Source: Escherichia coli (lineage in GTDB: Bacteria; Pseudomonadota; Gammaproteobacteria; Enterobacterales; Enterobacteriaceae). From it: a stretch of DNA of 2,485 nucleotides. The DNA lies in assembly GCF_003334355.1 (NCBI RefSeq), contig NZ_QOWP01000075.1, one strand, 5' to 3'. Shown piece after piece: positions 1 through 2,485 of the stretch (within the stretch, counting starts at the first letter, position 1; every line of letters begins with the position of its first letter). Position numbers and translations under genes: made by a program. Below the pieces are notes generated by a model that worked only from the letters and a program-made list of their open reading frames with translations, ran no database searches and was not told the DNA's origin.

Positions 1-141
1 TCACTGGATAACATGGTTGCCCAGGGCAATGTTCTGCCTGTTCTGTACGGGGAAATGCGCGTGGGGTCACGCGTGGTTTCTCAGGAGATCAGCACGGCAG
101 ACGAAGGGGACGGTGGTCAGGTTGTGGTGATTGGTCGCTGA
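1..141 (+). CDS. I: Phage tail assembly protein I, C-terminal 46 codons (5' end lies outside the window)
   Basis: Frame 1 is open from position 1 to the TGA at 139..141 and translates to SLDNMVAQGNVLPVLYGEMRVGSRVVSQEISTADEGDGGQVVVIGR*. I recognise this as the C-terminus of lambda gpI. It sits immediately upstream of J with a 60-nt spacer, as in the lambda tail operon. Absent from the ORF track because it has no start codon in the window. Confidence 0.85.
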   Translation, partial: SLDNMVAQGNVLPVLYGEMRVGSRVVSQEISTADEGDGGQVVVIGR

Positions 142-159
142 TGCAAAATGTTTTATGTG

Positions 160-187
160 AAACCGCCTGCGGGCGGTTTTGTCATTT
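160..187 (+). terminator. Intergenic GC-rich hairpin followed by a T-rich tract, between I and J; terminator-like or RNA-stability element, function unproven
   Basis: Seen directly: AAACCGCC (160..167), loop TGCG (168..171), GGCGGTTT (172..179) form a perfect 8-bp inverted repeat with 5 G:C pairs, followed by TTTTGTCATTT. It lies 13 nt after the I stop codon and about 15 nt before the J ribosome-binding site. Stem-loop plus U-tract is the architecture of an intrinsic terminator, but the T-run is interrupted and the late operon is normally read through under Q antitermination. Confidence 0.35.
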
Positions 188-189
188 AT

Positions 190-193
190 GGAG
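190..193 (+). promoter_or_regulatory. Shine-Dalgarno-like GGAG for J
   Basis: GGAG at 190..193 lies 8 nt upstream of the J ATG at 202. A second purine-rich stretch, GAGGA (197..201), abuts the ATG but is too close to be an optimal SD. An in-frame TGA at 196..198 rules out any longer N-terminal extension of J. Confidence 0.55.
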
Positions 194-198
194 CGTGA

Positions 199-2485
<2,287 letters not shown>

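Overview
This window is a well-known lambdoid phage tail-tip module, not a novel system. On the + strand it holds the last 46 codons of tail assembly protein I (1..141), a 60-nt intergenic spacer with a GC-rich hairpin and T-tract (160..187), and the first ~761 codons of the tail tip / host-specificity protein J (202..2485, running off the 3' edge). Frame 1 of the + strand has no stop codon from 202 to the window end. The translation begins [24 protein letters not shown], which I recognise as lambda gpJ, and the upstream fragment ends ...GDGGQVVVIGR*, as in lambda gpI. The supplied ORF track lists only minus-strand ORFs because both real genes are truncated by the window edges; all four minus-strand ORFs are antisense shadows of J. 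Within J, the clearest feature is a fibronectin type III-like module (about 2050..2340) followed by the start of a second. I found no RNA genes, CRISPR, mobile elements or defence-like cargo. I could not run any search, so identity to the lambda reference is from recognition only.
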